Source of the DNA: a bacterium
Lineage (GTDB): Bacteria > UBA8248
DNA length: 64,000 nt
Direction of reading: 5' to 3'
Assembly: GCA_963692865.2 (NCBI GenBank)
Contig: OY843592.1
Location: forward strand, 1,248,001 to 1,312,000
Shown: positions 37,845 through 46,452 of the stretch, piece after piece
Numbering within the stretch: position 1 is the stretch's first letter
Layout of the letters: the number at the start of each line of letters is the position of its first letter
Program-made: the position numbers and the translations under genes
The notes under the pieces: model-generated
Told to the model about the DNA's origin: nothing
The model's input: the letters and a program-made list of their open reading frames with translations, nothing else
The model's database searches: none

Positions 37845-38280
37845 AAGAATCCGTTTTTCACCACAGGGCCGTTCGCGAACGGCCCCTGCAATTGAGGCTT
37901 GGATTGACGGCATTCCGGCGCAGGCCGGAATCCAGAGCCGATGAGGATTAAGATGATCCGGTTTTTCATGTCCGCACCGCTCGGATGGAAAATGCCAAAG
38001 AGCAAAGAAGCAAAGGCAAGGTGAAATGTCCCGCGTGGGACATTTCTGGATTCCGCATTCTCTTCCTCATCGGGCGAGAATGATTGACGGAGTTACGGAC
38101 GAAATCGCAAGGGGTGTAGGGACAGGCCCCCGTGCCTGTCCGATGCCCTGTTCCGCAAACAGGGGGCAGGGCGGGCACAGTCGAGCTTCTCTTTCTCAGG
38201 AAACTCGACGCCCCTACGGACTTCCTCACCCCGGTCGGCTCCATACGCCGAATCACGTAATCGGGACTTTTCCAATACCC

Positions 38281-38416
38281 TCTTTATTAAGATTTATGGA
38301 TTAAACCTTAATAACGAAATCCCTTATTAAGCGTTCGCGCAATATAGCTGAAAAATGGACTTCGTTATCAAGTTTTCAGGTTTAAGTCTTGATAACGAAA
38401 TTTCTTGTTAAGCTTT
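38281..38416. repeat. Two AT-rich 55-bp direct repeats, each with inverted CTT(A/G)ATAA boxes
   Basis: 38281..38335 versus 38362..38416, 42/55 identical without gaps. Confidence 0.7.
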
Positions 38417-38433
38417 GCTGAACGGGAATGGAC

Positions 38434-39315
38434 TCAATACCGCTCCGGCACGAAGGTCTGATCGCTCATGGGGGGGCGCACGTAGGCTTCCTCTGACCGG
38501 CGCGGGGGGAGTTCGACGCGCGCGGGCGTGAGGTCCTCATACGGGATGAGGGAGAGCAGGTGGCTGATGCAGTTGAGCCGCGCGCGGCGCTTCGAGTCCG
38601 CTTCCACCACGTACCAGGGGGCCTGTTTGATGTCGGTGTGGGCGAACATCTCGTCCTTCGCCCTGGAATACTCGACCCAGCGGCTGCGCGACTCCAGATC
38701 CATCGGCGAGAGCTTCCAGCGCCTCGTGGGGTCGGCCAGGCGCGCCTGGAAGCGGCGCTCCTGTTCGGCGTCGCTCACCGAGAACCAGTATTTGATCAGG
38801 ATGACGCCCGAGCGCGCCAGCATCCGCTCGAACGTGGGGCATGAGTGCAGGAACTCGCGGTATTCCGCCTCCGTGCAAAAGCCCATCACCCGCTCCACGC
38901 CCGCGCGGTTGTACCAGGAGCGGTCGAAGAGCGCCATCTCGCCCGCGGCGGGCAGGTGGGCCGCGTAGCGCTGGAAATACCACTGCGTCTGTTCGCGCTC
39001 GGTGGGCGCGGGCAGGGCGACGACGCGGCAGACCCTCGGGTTGAGACTCTGCGTGATGCGCTTGATGACGCCCCCCTTGCCCGCGGCGTCCCGCCCCTCG
39101 AAGATGACGGCGACTTTCAGGCCCTCGCGCCTTATCCACTCCTGGAGCTTCACGAGTTCGACCTGTAGCCTCGCGAGTTCCGCCTCGTACACCTTCTTGG
39201 ACAGCCGCTGGCGCGGCGCCTTTGCGGCGTCTCCCGCACGGGTGAAGGCGGGTGCGCTCTCCTCCGCGCGCCCGGCCTGCGGTTGATCGGTTCGGGGTTC
39301 GGCCTCTTCCGTCAT
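38434..39315 (-). CDS. ppk2: Polyphosphate kinase 2
   Basis: FEGRDAAGKGG, QWYFQRY, FDRSWYNRAGVERVMGFC, WKLSPMD. Confidence 0.97.
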   Translation of the reverse strand: MTEEAEPRTDQPQAGRAEESAPAFTRAGDAAKAPRQRLSKKVYEAELARLQVELVKLQEWIRREGLKVAVIFEGRDAAGKGGVIKRITQSLNPRVCRVVALPAPTEREQTQWYFQRYAAHLPAAGEMALFDRSWYNRAGVERVMGFCTEAEYREFLHSCPTFERMLARSGVILIKYWFSVSDAEQERRFQARLADPTRRWKLSPMDLESRSRWVEYSRAKDEMFAHTDIKQAPWYVVEADSKRRARLNCISHLLSLIPYEDLTPARVELPPRRSEEAYVRPPMSDQTFVPERY

Positions 39316-39321
39316 CCCGGG

Positions 39322-40167
39322 TCATTCCCTGGGGGTGAGGTCGAAGCCGAACCATTCGAGCGAGAGCCGCGAGAGCGTCCCATCCTCGGCCGCGGCGCCG
39401 ATGGCGGCGGAGAACATGTCCGCGAGCGCGCGGTCCTCCCTGCGGACGCCGACGCCGGTTCCCTCGCCCAGCAGACCGCCCGTGAAGCCGGGGCGCAGGA
39501 TTTTCAGCTTTCCCTTCGCTCTCTCGATCAAGGGCTTCAGGTAGGACATTTGGGCCAGGGCGGCGTCCACGCGGCCCCCCAGCAGGGCGCGGTCGAGTTC
39601 CCCCTGGACCTCGAAGGCGCGGATCCGGGCGGCGTCGGCCATGTGGGTTCTCAGGAAAATCTCGAACGTGGTGGCGGCCTGCGCGCCGAGCGTCCTGCCT
39701 GTGAAGGCCTTCCTGAGCGCCGCGACGGCGGCCCTCTCCCCCGCGTCCAGGGCGCCCAGCGTGACCGAGGCGGTCTTCGTCGTGACGCCCGCGAGGGGGC
39801 CGTCGGCCCGGACGGCGAAGGCGGCGGGCGCCGCGGCGTAGGCGCGCGAGAAGGCGATGCGTTTTTTTCGCTTCGCGGTGATCGAGACGCCGGTCATGAT
39901 CGCGTCGAACTCGCCCGCCCGGAGCGCGGCGATCATGCCCCGCCAGAGCCGCGGGATCAGGACGCATTCGACCTTCATGCGCCTGCACAGGTCGGCCGCC
40001 AGGTCGACTTCGAAGCCGACGAGCCGGCCCGAGGCGTCCTTGTCGTTCCAGGGGGGATAGGCCCCCTCCGTGGCGATGCGCACCACGCCGCCCGGCTTCC
40101 AGCCCGCGGCCTGCGCCGCTCCCGTGAGGGCGATGACGACGCCGAGAGCCGCCAGAAACACCTTCAT
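39322..40167 (-). CDS. Polar amino-acid ABC transporter substrate-binding protein (family 3)
   Basis: Signal peptide; IATEGAYPPWN, GFEVDL, FDAIM, SITAKR, GRVDA. Confidence 0.92.
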   Translation of the reverse strand: MKVFLAALGVVIALTGAAQAAGWKPGGVVRIATEGAYPPWNDKDASGRLVGFEVDLAADLCRRMKVECVLIPRLWRGMIAALRAGEFDAIMTGVSITAKRKKRIAFSRAYAAAPAAFAVRADGPLAGVTTKTASVTLGALDAGERAAVAALRKAFTGRTLGAQAATTFEIFLRTHMADAARIRAFEVQGELDRALLGGRVDAALAQMSYLKPLIERAKGKLKILRPGFTGGLLGEGTGVGVRREDRALADMFSAAIGAAAEDGTLSRLSLEWFGFDLTPRE

Positions 40168-40574
40168 CGCGCGCCTCCTGTTTCGTGTCGCTGGTCGTTT
40201 CGATTATGAACTTCTCAAGGGGATTCACGCAAGCAAAAAGAGGGGGAGCGTGCGGCGAGGCATTGCGGGTGAGGGCCTTTCTGAGATGGTCTTCAAGGTG
40301 ATATGGGAGTATTTCGAGGCCTCGTAAGCTTCACCGGCTATGGGCCGCTTGTGAGGGTTCGAGATCGCTCGCAAGGGCGGCCCTTGCGCCAAGGGATGCG
40401 CATGTCATAGGGGCCGCTCGCGAGCGGTCCGGTTTCATGTAGTCTGTTTCTCCGCCTTAGAGTATCCGTGCAAGGGCACATAAGTTCTGGTACTATAATT
40501 CCAAAATGTTTCATGGAAGCGTAACGCATTTGCCAGTTCGCAATATCGATGTTGCAGATAGCAAAGGTTCGAAA

Positions 40575-41597
40575 ATGGTTATCACAAGAGTGAAGTTGGA
40601 GCGCTTTACGGCTTTCGAAAACCTTGATTTTAAGGCCTCACCTGGCATCAATGTTCTCATTGGAGCCAATGGAACTGGCAAAACCCATCTAATGAAAGTT
40701 GCCTACGCAGCCTGTGATGTTAGCAAGACCGAAGCAGATTTCGCAGAAAAGCTCATTCGCGTGTTTTTGCCTTCTGAAGGAGCCCCTGGACGGTTAGTCA
40801 AGAGGCGAGCCGTAAGTTCGCAGTGCGCAGTTGCCGTATTTCGTGGGAAGGCGAATATCAGAGCTACCTTTTCAAACCATATCAAGATTCCTAGGTCGAT
40901 TAAAGTTAGGCGCACAAGAGGCTGGATCGATAATCCTGTACAGAGCGTCTACATACCGGTAAAGGAAATGCTTGCGAACGCGCCAGGTTTTCGATCTCTT
41001 TACGGACAACGCGAGATTCATTTTGAGGAAGTTTATTCTGATATTCTTGATCGGGCCTATCGGCCTCTTTTGCGTGGTCCAACAGACCAGAAACGTAAGA
41101 AGGTTCTCCAAATTTTGAAAGATGAATTAGATGGGAAGGTGGATCTAAAGAATGACGAATTCTTCTTCCGAAGCAAACGTGGAAATTTGGAATTCACACT
41201 GCTGGCGGAAGGGTTACGCAAACTTGGACTACTTTGGCTTCTTATTCAAAATGGAACTTTGCTAGAAGGTTCTATTTTATTTTGGGACGAACCAGAAACC
41301 AGCCTCAACCCAAGACTTTTTGGCCCGTTGATTGAGATAGTTCTAGAACTCCAGAGGATGGGCGTGCAAGTTTTTATTGCGACACATGATTACGCGATAC
41401 TTAAAGAGTTGGATCTCCGAGTCAAGAAAGAAGACGAGATAGTTTTTCATTCATTGTATCAGGACAAGGGGAGTGGCGAGATAGAGCATCACTCGACAAA
41501 TGCCTATTTAAGCATTCATCCCAATGCTATCGCCGATGCTTTCACCAGTCTTTATAATCGGGAAGTCGAACGCACTCTAGGGATGCCACAGACATGA
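40575..41597 (+). CDS. ABC/AAA_21-type ATPase (homolog of 32614..33696)
   Basis: GANGTGKT, LAEGLRK, LFWDEPETSLNP, ATHD; AT-rich. Confidence 0.92.
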   Translation: MVITRVKLERFTAFENLDFKASPGINVLIGANGTGKTHLMKVAYAACDVSKTEADFAEKLIRVFLPSEGAPGRLVKRRAVSSQCAVAVFRGKANIRATFSNHIKIPRSIKVRRTRGWIDNPVQSVYIPVKEMLANAPGFRSLYGQREIHFEEVYSDILDRAYRPLLRGPTDQKRKKVLQILKDELDGKVDLKNDEFFFRSKRGNLEFTLLAEGLRKLGLLWLLIQNGTLLEGSILFWDEPETSLNPRLFGPLIEIVLELQRMGVQVFIATHDYAILKELDLRVKKEDEIVFHSLYQDKGSGEIEHHSTNAYLSIHPNAIADAFTSLYNREVERTLGMPQT

Positions 41598-42100
41598 CAG
41601 TGATGACTGAAGGCAATATCAAGATGAATTTTCCGCAATATGCTGATGTCCGGAGATTTGACGGGCCAACGCATAGACTTTCACATTGCAGCATGAAAGC
41701 AATAGATTTCATCGTGGAGTTGACCGATCGAGTACTCTTCATTGAAATCAAGGACCCGCAGGATCCTCAAGCAAACCCCAATAGTAGCAATAAAACTATA
41801 GCGGAATTTCAATCAGGTGAAATGGATGAGATTTTCAAACTAAAGTTTAGGGACTCCTTTATTTATGAATGGGCTTCAGATAATCTTAAGAAAAAACCCA
41901 TCCATTTTTATGTGCTCATTGGCATTGAGACTTTAGATAAAGCTTTGCTTCTTAATAGAACCAATTCCCTCAAGACAAAACTCCCGGTTCGTTCTGTCTC
42001 AGAAGGAATATGGAAGAAACATATTGCCGAGGAATGCTTGGTATTTAACATTGAAACTTGGAACCAGTTCTTGCCAAATTTTCTAGTGTCTCGGATTTAA
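41594..42100 (+). CDS. Small PD-(D/E)XK-like partner protein
   Basis: ATGA overlap; MKAIDF...FIEIKDP, KFRDSF. Confidence 0.75.
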   Translation: MTVMTEGNIKMNFPQYADVRRFDGPTHRLSHCSMKAIDFIVELTDRVLFIEIKDPQDPQANPNSSNKTIAEFQSGEMDEIFKLKFRDSFIYEWASDNLKKKPIHFYVLIGIETLDKALLLNRTNSLKTKLPVRSVSEGIWKKHIAEECLVFNIETWNQFLPNFLVSRI

Positions 42101-42167
42101 GCTGAGTAAGTACGCATAATTTATTATTGGGTAACCGTATAATTCACGACCCCAGCCCGACCCCCGC

Positions 42168-42854
42168 TCAACCGACTCCTAACCTACCCGCCGCCTCATT
42201 GACCGCGGCTTCGCGCTCGTTCTGGCGCGCGGCGAATGAATCGCGCACTTCGGACACCATCGCCGGGTCGGCCCGTTCGGGAGAGCCCGCATCATATGGA
42301 GGCTTGGGGTCGTACTCCATGCCGAGTTGTATCTTCCGGGCGGCTTCGGTCCCCAATATCTCTCCCGCCACTGTCAGGGCGAAGTCGATGCCGGCCGTGA
42401 CGCCGGCGCCGGTGATCACGTTGCCGTCGACGACCACGCGCTCATTCACGGGCTCGCACCCGAAGGCGGCGAGCATCGAGTGCGACATCCAGTGCGTCGT
42501 CGCCCGCTTGCCCTTTAACAGTCCCGCTGCGCCGAGCACGAGCGACCCGGAGCAAACGGAAGTGACGTAGCGCGCCCCCGCCGCCTGGCGGCGCACGAAG
42601 TCGAGCGTCTCCGCATCGCTTAAGAGCGCGTTCGTGCCCGCGCCGCCCGGCACGCAGATGAGGTCGAGTTGCGGGCAGTCGGCGAACGTCGTGCTCGGCA
42701 GAAGCTCCATGCCGCCGCCCGCCTTGACGGGAGCAAGCGTCTTCCAGACGAGGCGGACGTCCGAGTCGGGGAACTTGGTGAAGACCTCGTACGGGCCGGT
42801 CATGTCGAGCTGGGTGAGATTCGGGAAGAGAAGAAGACCGATCTGGAATCGCAT
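42168..42854 (-). CDS. DJ-1/PfpI family protein (isonitrile hydratase-like)
   Basis: LTQLDMTGP, VPGG, SVCSG nucleophile, ATTHW, AGVTAGID, EYDPKPP. Confidence 0.92.
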   Translation of the reverse strand: MRFQIGLLLFPNLTQLDMTGPYEVFTKFPDSDVRLVWKTLAPVKAGGGMELLPSTTFADCPQLDLICVPGGAGTNALLSDAETLDFVRRQAAGARYVTSVCSGSLVLGAAGLLKGKRATTHWMSHSMLAAFGCEPVNERVVVDGNVITGAGVTAGIDFALTVAGEILGTEAARKIQLGMEYDPKPPYDAGSPERADPAMVSEVRDSFAARQNEREAAVNEAAGRLGVG

Positions 42855-42947
42855 GGCGCCTCGATGCCTCCGCTGTTGGGGTTGGAGGTCAGATTATGGG
42901 CGGCCCGCAGGCGTGTCAAGGTGGGTCAATCGCGACGTATGTACCCT

Positions 42948-43332
42948 GTAGGGGCGACCCCCGTGGTCGCCCAATTCTGGACAGGCACGGGGGCCTGTCC
43001 CTACGCTACCCTGTATTGCAATGAACCCGTAGGGGCGGTTCGCGAACCGCCCCTGCAAAGCAAGGCGTATACCGGCCGGTTTGGTGTATGGGGTTCTTGA
43101 AAAAGCCCCCCTGACAAGAGGGGTTGGGGGGTTGAACCCGACCGGGGAGGGAGGGTTCACGGCAAGGGCGAAGCCCGCAGGCGAGTTGGTGGGGGGACAT
43201 GCCACAGAAAAAGCTCCCCCCACCGAATCGGCCTTCGCACAAACCGCTCGGCCTCTTCGTCGGGCTTTCCCCTCGGGAAGCCCGACCCTCAAGGGGGGAG
43301 TGTTTTATTGGTGCTCTGCAAGGGGGGAGTGA
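42948..43332. repeat. REP mosaic including an uninterrupted CCGACCCTCAAGGGGGGAGTG element
   Basis: gtaggggcg... units, cccctgacaag unit, and caccgaatcg...ccgaccctcaaggggggagtg (43221..43302). Confidence 0.85.
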
Positions 43333-43422
43333 ACCGGGTTACGTTCTACTCCTCCGCTCTTCCCACCCCATGCTATACTTCACTCGAACCAACGTCCCCC
43401 GCTCCCTGCATGAAGGCCGCCA

Positions 43423-44637
43423 TTGGAATATCTCTCCTTCGCGTGGAAAAACCGACGCTTTCTGGGGTTCGGCCTTTTGCTCACGTTCTTCTCGTGCTTC
43501 GGGCAGTCCTATTTCATCGCCGTGTTCAACACCGACATCCGCAGCGCCTTCTCGCTCTCGCACGGCGAGTTCGGCCTCGCCTACGGCGTCGCCACCGTAT
43601 CGAGCGCGATGTGCCTCATATGGGCGGGCCGCCTGATCGACAGGACGAGGCTCAAGACTTTCGCCCTGTGCGTCTGCGGGGGACTCATCGCCTCCTGCGT
43701 CCTGATGGCGGCGGCGCCCGTCTTCCCGGCCCTGCTCTTCGCCCTGTTCGCGCTCAGGCTTACGGGCCAGGGGCTGATGGTCCACACCTCGGTGACGAGC
43801 ATCGGGCGGCATTTCACCGCCGAGCGGGGCCGCGCCGTCAGCGTCATTTCGATGGGCGGGCCGTCGGGCCAGGCCGTCATGGCGCTCGTTGCGGTCGCTC
43901 TGGCCGCGTGGCTCGACTGGCGGCAGGTCTGGCTGGTGATGGCGGCGGGTTCGGCCCTCGTCCTGCTCCCTTGCGTCCCCTGGCTGCTGAGAGGGCACAA
44001 AGACGAACACCTGGACTCCGAAAAGCGCGCACAAACGCAGGCTGATTCCGGATCCCGGGGCGACTGGACGAGGCGCGACGTGCTGAAGGACGTGCGCTTC
44101 TACTTCATGATGCCCGTTTTACTCGCGCCCTCCTTCATCGCCACCGGCTTTTTCTTCCACATGGCGCATCTGGTGGATGCGAAGGGGTGGAGCCTCGCCT
44201 TCTTCACGGGCGCGTACACGCTCTACACGGCCTTCTCCATCACGCTGACGCTGCTCGCAGGACCCATCGTCGACCGGATAGGCGCGGTCCGGCTGATTCC
44301 CTGGCATCTCGCGCCCCTGTGCGCCGGGCTTGCGGCGCTGGCGAGTTCGGACCACTGGTCCGCCGCGATTCTCTACATGGGCCTGACGGGGATCACCGTC
44401 GGCGTGCGCATCACCATCGGCGGGGCCGTCTGGGCGGAGATCTACGGGGTGGAGAACCTGGGGGCCATCCGCTCGCTCGCCACCTCGTTCATGGTGGTAT
44501 CCACCGCGCTCTCGCCCGTCGTCTTCGGCTGGATGGTCGATTACGGCGTGAGCGTGGAGAGCATCGCCCTCATGTGCCTGGCATACGCGGCGGGGGCGTC
44601 GGTGCTGAGCGGCGTTTCGATTGGGATGCGGCATTAA
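43423..44637 (+). CDS. MFS transporter
   Basis: FSCFGQSYFI, GRLIDR, LRLTGQG, RGRA, AEIYG; about 12 TM. Confidence 0.9.
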   Translation: MEYLSFAWKNRRFLGFGLLLTFFSCFGQSYFIAVFNTDIRSAFSLSHGEFGLAYGVATVSSAMCLIWAGRLIDRTRLKTFALCVCGGLIASCVLMAAAPVFPALLFALFALRLTGQGLMVHTSVTSIGRHFTAERGRAVSVISMGGPSGQAVMALVAVALAAWLDWRQVWLVMAAGSALVLLPCVPWLLRGHKDEHLDSEKRAQTQADSGSRGDWTRRDVLKDVRFYFMMPVLLAPSFIATGFFFHMAHLVDAKGWSLAFFTGAYTLYTAFSITLTLLAGPIVDRIGAVRLIPWHLAPLCAGLAALASSDHWSAAILYMGLTGITVGVRITIGGAVWAEIYGVENLGAIRSLATSFMVVSTALSPVVFGWMVDYGVSVESIALMCLAYAAGASVLSGVSIGMRH

Positions 44638-44689
44638 GAAGAAAGGAATTGTGGTTTGTGAGAGAGAATTTTCTTCCGCAGGTCCGCCC

Positions 44690-44827
44690 CTACGCATCGT
44701 CGAGTTCGGCGATCAATTCCTTGACGCCGCCATACGTGCTTAGCCCTTCCCCGGCGCGCGCCTGCCGAATGGCTTCGCGGGTTTCCTCGTTTGGAGTCGG
44801 GGTGCGGGTTATTTCCGTATCGGCCAT
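44690..44827 (-). CDS. 45-aa protein resembling the C-terminal half of RelB/DinJ antitoxins
   Basis: PNEETREAIRQARAG...VKELIAEL; own RBS-like gaggg; no RHH domain. Confidence 0.6.
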   Translation of the reverse strand: MADTEITRTPTPNEETREAIRQARAGEGLSTYGGVKELIAELDDA

Positions 44828-44838
44828 ATTGTATACCC

Positions 44839-45150
44839 TCACCGCTCCCTGCGCTTCGGCGGCGCGAAGCGGCGCCGCCAGCTCGCCGTCTGCGAGCGCG
44901 TGATGCGGTAGAGCATGAAGCCGCCTCCCGTCACCGAGACGAGGATGAGCGCGAAGCCTATCGTCATCGCCCGCTGAAACGGCGTGGCGCGCCGGGTTTT
45001 CTCCTGAGCGGAGCCTGCCGCTTTTTCGCCTGCGGCGGGAGGGTTCTCCGGCGGCGGCGCGACGTCGGGCAGCCAGACGAAGGGAATCGCCACCATCCCC
45101 GCCACGAAGAGGATGGGCAGTATCAGGCGCGTGAAATAGAGGCGGAACAC
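44839..45150 (-). CDS. Small two-TM membrane protein
   Basis: ggaggt RBS before GTG; two hydrophobic helices around a Pro-rich linker; basic C-tail. Confidence 0.6.
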   Translation of the reverse strand: MFRLYFTRLILPILFVAGMVAIPFVWLPDVAPPPENPPAAGEKAAGSAQEKTRRATPFQRAMTIGFALILVSVTGGGFMLYRITRSQTASWRRRFAPPKRRER

Positions 45151-45209
45151 GTTTGATGACCTCCCGTAACGGAATATAAACGGCGAGGGCGCGCGAATCC
45201 ACCCCTCAA

Positions 45210-45487
45210 GGGGTTGTTGATAAAACCTCTCGAAGCCGTGGAGGTGCGATGGTTTTGTAGGGGCGGCCCTCTGTGGCCGCCCGTATCGGAGGCCTCGGAC
45301 AGGCACGGAGGCCTGTCCCTACGGTTGGCGGCGTATTTTCCCTCTTCAGTCGAAACCGGCTTCTCGGGACCCTCGGCGAATTTGGTTTTCGTTCGTCATT
45401 CCGGCTTTCGCCGGAATGACGGCAGTGATCGATTCCGACCGATGAGGGAGGAATCGACTGAGCGGGAAGGGGTTTTACAACAACCCC
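45210..45487. mobile_element. MITE-like element with GGGGTTGTTG ends enclosing several REPs
   Basis: ctcaa|ggggttgttgataaaa...ttttacaacaacccc. Confidence 0.55.
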
Positions 45488-45648
45488 ACATCCGCCGGGT
45501 GCGGGCCGCATGAAGCGTTTTTGGCCTCATGGGCGCGCGCGGTTTTCGTTTCGCGCGAAATGTGGTGATATGGATTTTCCGTCCATGATGCGAGAGCGCT
45601 TTTATCGTTTTCCCATCTATTTTATCCAGGCGAGGGAGGCGGCGACGG

Positions 45649-46404
45649 ATGAAACGGCCGAGAATCGGAATCACCTGCGACGTGGGCAAGCGGAATTTCC
45701 CCGAAGAACCCAGGGTGCGTCCGCGCCACGTGCTCATGGACGCCTACGTGGAGTCCGTCATCAAGGCGGGCGGCGCGCCCCTGCTCCTGCCCGCGGTGGA
45801 GGATGAGCAGGCGAGCATGTCCCTGCTCTTGGGCATCGACGGCCTCATCATCTCGGGCGGCGGGCACGACATCGACCCCATGCTCTACGGCGAGGAGCGA
45901 TTGCCGGAGTGCAGCCCCACGAACCCCAAGCGCGAGACTTCCGAGATGGCGGCATGCCGGGGGGCGGTGACGCGCGACATGCCCGTGCTCGGCATCTGCG
46001 GCGGCATGCAGGTCATCAACATCGCGGCGGGCGGCTCGCTCTATCAGGACATCCCCTCCCAGGTGCCGGACGCGCTCACGCACCGGCCCGAGAACATGGA
46101 CGAGAACACCTACACCTTCCACGAGATTGAGATAGGCGAGTCCATCCTCGGCGAGATTCTCGGCGAGTCCTCGGTCGTGAACAGCCACCACCACCAGAGC
46201 GCGCGCGAGGTCGGGCCGGGCGTGCGCGTTTCGGCCAGGACCGAAGACGGCGTCATCGAGGCCATCGAGTGCCCCTCGCACCAGTTCGTCGTGGGCGTGC
46301 AGTGGCACCCCGAGTCCATGTCGGCCTACGGCTACGCCGACGCGGACGGGGCGGCGCAGCTCTTCTCCCGCTTCGTGGACGAGGCCCGCATCTTCGCGGA
46401 TTAG
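45649..46404 (+). CDS. Peptidase C26 / gamma-glutamyl-gamma-aminobutyrate hydrolase family
   Basis: GGGHDIDP, LGICGGMQ (Cys nucleophile), VNSHHHQ, GVQWHPE. Confidence 0.92.
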   Translation: MKRPRIGITCDVGKRNFPEEPRVRPRHVLMDAYVESVIKAGGAPLLLPAVEDEQASMSLLLGIDGLIISGGGHDIDPMLYGEERLPECSPTNPKRETSEMAACRGAVTRDMPVLGICGGMQVINIAAGGSLYQDIPSQVPDALTHRPENMDENTYTFHEIEIGESILGEILGESSVVNSHHHQSAREVGPGVRVSARTEDGVIEAIECPSHQFVVGVQWHPESMSAYGYADADGAAQLFSRFVDEARIFAD

Positions 46405-46452
46405 GAAGGTTGAGGCTCACTTATTTCGCATAAACCCTGAGGAACTCTCCTG

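Noticed and set aside
42144-42191. Possible 24-bp degenerate duplicate of the DJ-1 gene 3' end beside the third ATPase cassette
   Set aside because: Too short and G-rich to separate from chance
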